Below, one piece after another: positions 60,365 to 64,000 of a DNA stretch of 64,000 nucleotides (within the stretch, counting starts at the first letter, position 1; each line of letters begins with the position of its first letter). The stretch is taken from positions 68,015 to 132,014 of the forward strand of contig JAUYBG010000006.1 of assembly GCA_030693205.1 (NCBI GenBank). Reading direction: 5' to 3'. The stretch comes from a bacterium. GTDB taxonomy: Bacteria > Patescibacteriota > Minisyncoccia > JAHIHE01. A program made the position numbers and the translations under genes. The notes under the pieces were generated by a model. It was not told the DNA's origin. It did not search any database and saw only the letters and a list, made by a program, of their open reading frames with translations.

Positions 60365-61438
60365 CTAAAACTGTTTCAAAAATCTCAAATCGCCGCTGTG
60401 AAATAATCTAATGTCATCAATGCCATGCAGCATCATCGGAAACCGATCCAAACCAAAACCAAAAGCAAACCCTTGATATTTATTTTTCGGATATCCGGCG
60501 GCGGTAAAAACTTTTTGATTGACCATTCCCGCGCCAAAAATCTCAAGCCATCCGGTTCCTTTGCAAAGCCGGCAGCCTTTTCCCTGGCAGATCATGCAAC
60601 TGACATCTCCTTCCAGTCCGGGCTCGACAAAAGGAAAATAGCTCGGCCGTAATCTTATTTTCACATCAGCCTCAAAAAAATTACTAAAGAATGTTTCAAA
60701 AACACTTTTAATATTGGCTATATTTATATCCTCTCCCACCATCAATCCTTCCAGCTGAAAAAAAGTCGATGCGTGCCGCGCGTCTGTCGCTTCATGGCGG
60801 AAAACCCTGCCTGGAACAATAATCCTGAAAGGCGGTTTATTTTTTTGCATATATCTTACTTGCATCGGCGAAGTATGAGTCCGCATCAATAATCTTTCTG
60901 ATTTGTTTGGGATTTGGGATTTGGGATTTGGGATTTCATGGTTGCCGCGCAACCAGAACGTATCCCACATATCCCTCGCCGGATGGCTGGCAGGAATATT
61001 CAACGCGTCAAAATTGTAAAACTCGGTTTCTATCTCCGGACCCTCCACGATCTCAAAACCGAGAAAAGAAAATATTTTTTCCGCTTTTTTTAAAGTTTGA
61101 GTGATCGGGTGCAAATGCCCGGCAGAAATTTTATTTACCGAAGCGGTTACGTCAAGCTTTTCGCTTTCAAGTATTTTCCCGTATTTGAGATTTTCCAAAT
61201 ATTTTTTCTTTTCATTCATCTGTTTCTCTAATATCAACCTGATCTCATTAGCAAGCTTGCCGATGTTTTTTCTGTCGCTCAGCGGATATTTTTCGAGACT
61301 TCTGAGAATATGCGTCAAATCACCATTGCGGCCCAAATACTTAACCCGCAGATTTTCCAATCCGTTTATTTCCTGCGCTTTGGAAATTTCTTCCAAGGCG
61401 AATGATTTAATTTTTTCGATTTCTTCTATTATACTCAT
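60365..61438 (-). CDS. pheS: phenylalanyl-tRNA synthetase alpha subunit
   Basis: Class II motifs (FRHEATDARH, GFAFGFGLDR). Confidence 0.9.
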   Translation of the reverse strand: MSIIEEIEKIKSFALEEISKAQEINGLENLRVKYLGRNGDLTHILRSLEKYPLSDRKNIGKLANEIRLILEKQMNEKKKYLENLKYGKILESEKLDVTASVNKISAGHLHPITQTLKKAEKIFSFLGFEIVEGPEIETEFYNFDALNIPASHPARDMWDTFWLRGNHEIPNPKSQIPNKSERLLMRTHTSPMQVRYMQKNKPPFRIIVPGRVFRHEATDARHASTFFQLEGLMVGEDINIANIKSVFETFFSNFFEADVKIRLRPSYFPFVEPGLEGDVSCMICQGKGCRLCKGTGWLEIFGAGMVNQKVFTAAGYPKNKYQGFAFGFGLDRFPMMLHGIDDIRLFHSGDLRFLKQF

Positions 61439-61808
61439 GATTGGAGCTTAAATAATATGCTTCGATAAATATTACGAAAATGATCAATAAAATCACGTTA
61501 ACCAAGTTCAGCATCTGCAGACTTTTAAGAATTAGCAGGGTATCGATCGCCAGCGCGAAAATGATCGCCTGGCGCACCGAATTGGATAGAACATTAAAAG
61601 GCATTTTTTGGGGAGAAAAAATAGTTCTGGAATAAAAACCGATCAAAACTAAAAATCCGGAAAGCCACAAAAAAAGACTGAAATAAAAAAGAAATAAACC
61701 GCCTATCCCGGCGCCGGCCGGATCGCTGAGCGCGATCACCGCGAACCAGGCTATAAAACAAATTAAAGTTGAAATCGCTATTCCAACCAAAAAACTCCGA
61801 ATAGTCAT
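61407..61808 (-). CDS. small multi-TM membrane protein
   Basis: 133 aa, three or four hydrophobic helices. Confidence 0.4.
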   Translation of the reverse strand: MTIRSFLVGIAISTLICFIAWFAVIALSDPAGAGIGGLFLFYFSLFLWLSGFLVLIGFYSRTIFSPQKMPFNVLSNSVRQAIIFALAIDTLLILKSLQMLNLVNVILLIIFVIFIEAYYLSSNHEYNRRNRKN

Positions 61809-61991
61809 AAAAATAGCCTAAACTAATGGTCAAAAATTCTTTTTTAAATAAACGTTTCTTTTTATATGAATAAAAAGACAGCCTTTTACTTACTTATATT
61901 TTACACTATTTTTCATCAAAAGGCAAGGGAAAATACTTGCAAATACTTGCCAAAAATCCATTTAAACTGTATACTTTTAGAGTGTTTTTAT

Positions 61992-62063
61992 CGCGGGGTA
62001 GAGCAGCGGCAGCTCGCAAGGCCCATAACCTTGAGGACGCTGGTTCGAATCCAGCCCCCGCAA
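61992..62063 (+). tRNA. tRNA-Met (CAT), initiator-like
   Basis: Acceptor cgcgggg/ccccgca with a C1xA72 mismatch; anticodon loop cccataa; T-loop ttcgaat. Confidence 0.75.
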
Positions 62064-62152
62064 CTATCAAACCCATAACTCATAACATATAACTAATAAC
62101 GATAAAAAATTTTTTGTTATAAGTTATGGGTTATTGATTATGAATTGATTAG

Positions 62153-62226
62153 GCCGGGATAGCTCAGCCGGTTAGAGCGTGGGACTCATAAGCCCAAGGT
62201 CGAGAGTTCGATTCTCTCTCCCGGCA
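62153..62226 (+). tRNA. tRNA with CAT anticodon (elongator Met or Ile2/lysidine type)
   Basis: Acceptor gccggga/tcccggc; loop ctcataa. Confidence 0.7.
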
Positions 62227-62275
62227 CAAAAATCATTGATTTGAAATTTTAAAACCTGATTATTCCGCGCAAGGC

Positions 62276-62350
62276 GGACCGTTGGTGTAGCCCGGTTAAC
62301 ACGTCTCCCTGTCACGGAGAAGACCGCGGGTTCAAATCCCGCACGGTCCG
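62276..62350 (+). tRNA. tRNA-Asp (GTC)
   Basis: Acceptor ggaccgt/acggtcc, discriminator G, loop ctgtcac. Confidence 0.8.
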
Positions 62351-62436
62351 CTTTGATTGGAATGAAAAATTTATTGAATTTTATAAATCATAATAAAAAG
62401 CGCTTTTGGCGCTTTTTATTATTTGCGAAAATATTC

Positions 62437-63006
62437 CTACATAACTTCCAGGTCTTCCATCGCCCTCTCGAAAGCGGCAACCGCTTTTTTCGCTTCTCCT
62501 TCGGAAAGCTTGAAATTTACATCATGCGACAAAGAATTTCTCACTCGATGCGCGTTCCAGACATCGTTTATATTTTGAATTTCGCTCGGATGAACCTGAT
62601 TTAATCTCTCGTTAAAAGTTTCTCCGCTATAACCCAGACGCCTTAACACTTCGTCAAAAAACTTATCAGCCTCGATAACCGCCAAACGCCAGCTCGATTC
62701 CTGCCCCGCTTGAACTAATTTAGCGATTTCACTCCAGCCGCTAATTGTAATTTTTCTTTCTTCGCCTTTTCCTTGGCCTATGATATTCTCGATGCCTGCC
62801 TTGACTTCCAAGGCGGTTTTTTTAGGCCTGGCGGCGGATACGATCAAAATGATCGCCACCAGCAAAACAAAGCTATAAATAATTAAAATGATTTTAAAAA
62901 AATAATAAACCTTCAAAGCAAAAGGGGATGTTTGCAAAGATGAAACCATGTTTGTCGCGGAAGCAAAATCGTTGGCGGTAATAGCGGCTACTTGTAGTAA
63001 AAACAT
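62437..63006 (-). CDS. hypothetical membrane-anchored protein
   Basis: 189 aa, TM helix near the N-terminus. Confidence 0.45.
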   Translation of the reverse strand: MFLLQVAAITANDFASATNMVSSLQTSPFALKVYYFFKIILIIYSFVLLVAIILIVSAARPKKTALEVKAGIENIIGQGKGEERKITISGWSEIAKLVQAGQESSWRLAVIEADKFFDEVLRRLGYSGETFNERLNQVHPSEIQNINDVWNAHRVRNSLSHDVNFKLSEGEAKKAVAAFERAMEDLEVM

Positions 63007-63041
63007 ATATTGTAAATTAAACTAATTATTGGTTGATCTAA

Positions 63042-64000
63042 TTATTTTAATTTCGGCCTCGCTTTATGCCAGTCCGTCGCTTTTTCGTAAATATTAGCCA
63101 CCGATAAGACAGTTTGCTCATCAAAGCCTTTTCCGATTATCTGCATGCCGATCGGCATAGGAATATCCCCGTCCTTAGGCTTGGCAAAACCGCAAGGAAT
63201 GGAAATTGCCGGAAGGCCGGCCAGCGACACCGCGCTGACAAAAATATCTTCCAAATACATCTCCAGAGGAGTAGCTCTTGAGCCGATCTTGAAAGCCACA
63301 TGAGGCGCGGTTGGGGTTATCAGGCAATCAACTTCTTTAAAAGCCTCATCAAAATCTTTTTTGATCAAAGTCCTGACTTTTTGCGCTTTTAAATAATACG
63401 CATCGTAATAACCGGCGGAAAGCGTATAGGTTCCCAGCATTATTCTTCTTTTGGCTTCATCGCCAAACCCATATCGCCGGCTTTTTAAATAAACTTCCCA
63501 AAGATTTTTTATTTCCGAGCTATACTTGCCGTCGTTCTCCACCGAGTAACCATACCTTATCCCGTCAAAACGCGCCAAATTCGAGCTAACTTCGGCGGGA
63601 GTGATAATATAATAAACCGGAACAGCATATTTTGTATTGGGCAAACTGACAGGAATTGCCTTTGCGCCTTTTTCTTCCAAAAGCGCGATGGCTTCCCTAA
63701 CCGCTTTCAAAACTTCCGGATCTAATCCTTCGGCAAAATACTCATCGGGCACGCCGATCTTCAAGCCGTTAATATTTTCCTTATCCAAATATTTTACATA
63801 ATCAAACACCGCGATATTCGGCGTTGTCAGGTCTTTTTTATCCTGACCCGCCAAACGTTCCAAAACTATCGCCGCGTCTTTTACTGTCTTAGTGATAATT
63901 CCCGGGCAATCGGTGGATGAAGTCATGCTAATCAAGCCATAACGGGATATTCGGCCATAACTGGGCTTTAATCCGACCACGCCGCAAAATGACGCCGGAC
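63042..64000 (-). CDS. gatA: Glu-tRNA(Gln) amidotransferase subunit A (C-terminal part; the gene continues past the window end)
   Basis: Amidase-signature C-terminal region; no start codon within the window. Confidence 0.75.
   Translation of the reverse strand, partial: PASFCGVVGLKPSYGRISRYGLISMTSSTDCPGIITKTVKDAAIVLERLAGQDKKDLTTPNIAVFDYVKYLDKENINGLKIGVPDEYFAEGLDPEVLKAVREAIALLEEKGAKAIPVSLPNTKYAVPVYYIITPAEVSSNLARFDGIRYGYSVENDGKYSSEIKNLWEVYLKSRRYGFGDEAKRRIMLGTYTLSAGYYDAYYLKAQKVRTLIKKDFDEAFKEVDCLITPTAPHVAFKIGSRATPLEMYLEDIFVSAVSLAGLPAISIPCGFAKPKDGDIPMPIGMQIIGKGFDEQTVLSVANIYEKATDWHKARPKLK

Overview
The window reads as a low-GC, streamlined bacterial genome, likely a Patescibacteria/CPR-type organism (inference from T4SS-pilin-like and many secreted small proteins, not verified). 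Genes lie mostly on the minus strand. The backbone is housekeeping: scpB-scpA, ybaK-like deacylase, aspS, a Nudix gene, argS, a purC-like gene, the grpE-dnaK-dnaJ heat-shock cluster, corA, cysS, dnaB, recR, a Ham1-like gene, rplU, rplJ-rplL, uvrB, dinD, gyrB, an ABC-F ATPase, pheS-pheT, partial gatA, and six tRNAs (Lys-TTT, Val-CAC, Met-CAT initiator-like, a second CAT tRNA, Asp-GTC). From about 20.1 to 47.9 kb the content is accessory. Its core is three cassettes (20.1-32.0 kb), each built around a radical SAM/SPASM enzyme. Each cassette has a short unannotated precursor-peptide ORF with a strong GGAGG site directly upstream of the enzyme. Each is also preceded by the same ~90-nt sigma70-like promoter plus 5'-UTR hairpin element. 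Tailoring partners are two HExxH proteins and two tandem SAM methyltransferases. Cassette junctions carry duplicated 3'-end fragments of a neighbouring GAF-GAF histidine kinase gene. This looks like a multi-copy, probably duplicatively expanded RiPP-like (sacti-/ranthipeptide-type) locus, and is the most interesting feature. Downstream is a secretome island: a T4SS-pilin-like protein, two M23 peptidases with duplicated upstream regions, a TolB-like propeller, and paralogous secreted proteins. Other notable items are a Kunitz/BPTI-like plus PrcB-C fusion protein, an ~85-bp palindromic element placed about 30 nt upstream of both grpE and uvrB, and two paralogous small hydrophobic peptide ORFs oriented antisense inside the grpE-dnaK-dnaJ cluster. 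There is also a 57-aa Cys-rich ORF with a perfect SD between dnaK and dnaJ, a promoter-to-terminator ~185-nt candidate small transcript, and a 30-bp perfect inverted repeat pair in the pheS-pheT spacer. No CRISPR array, transposase or rRNA was seen.
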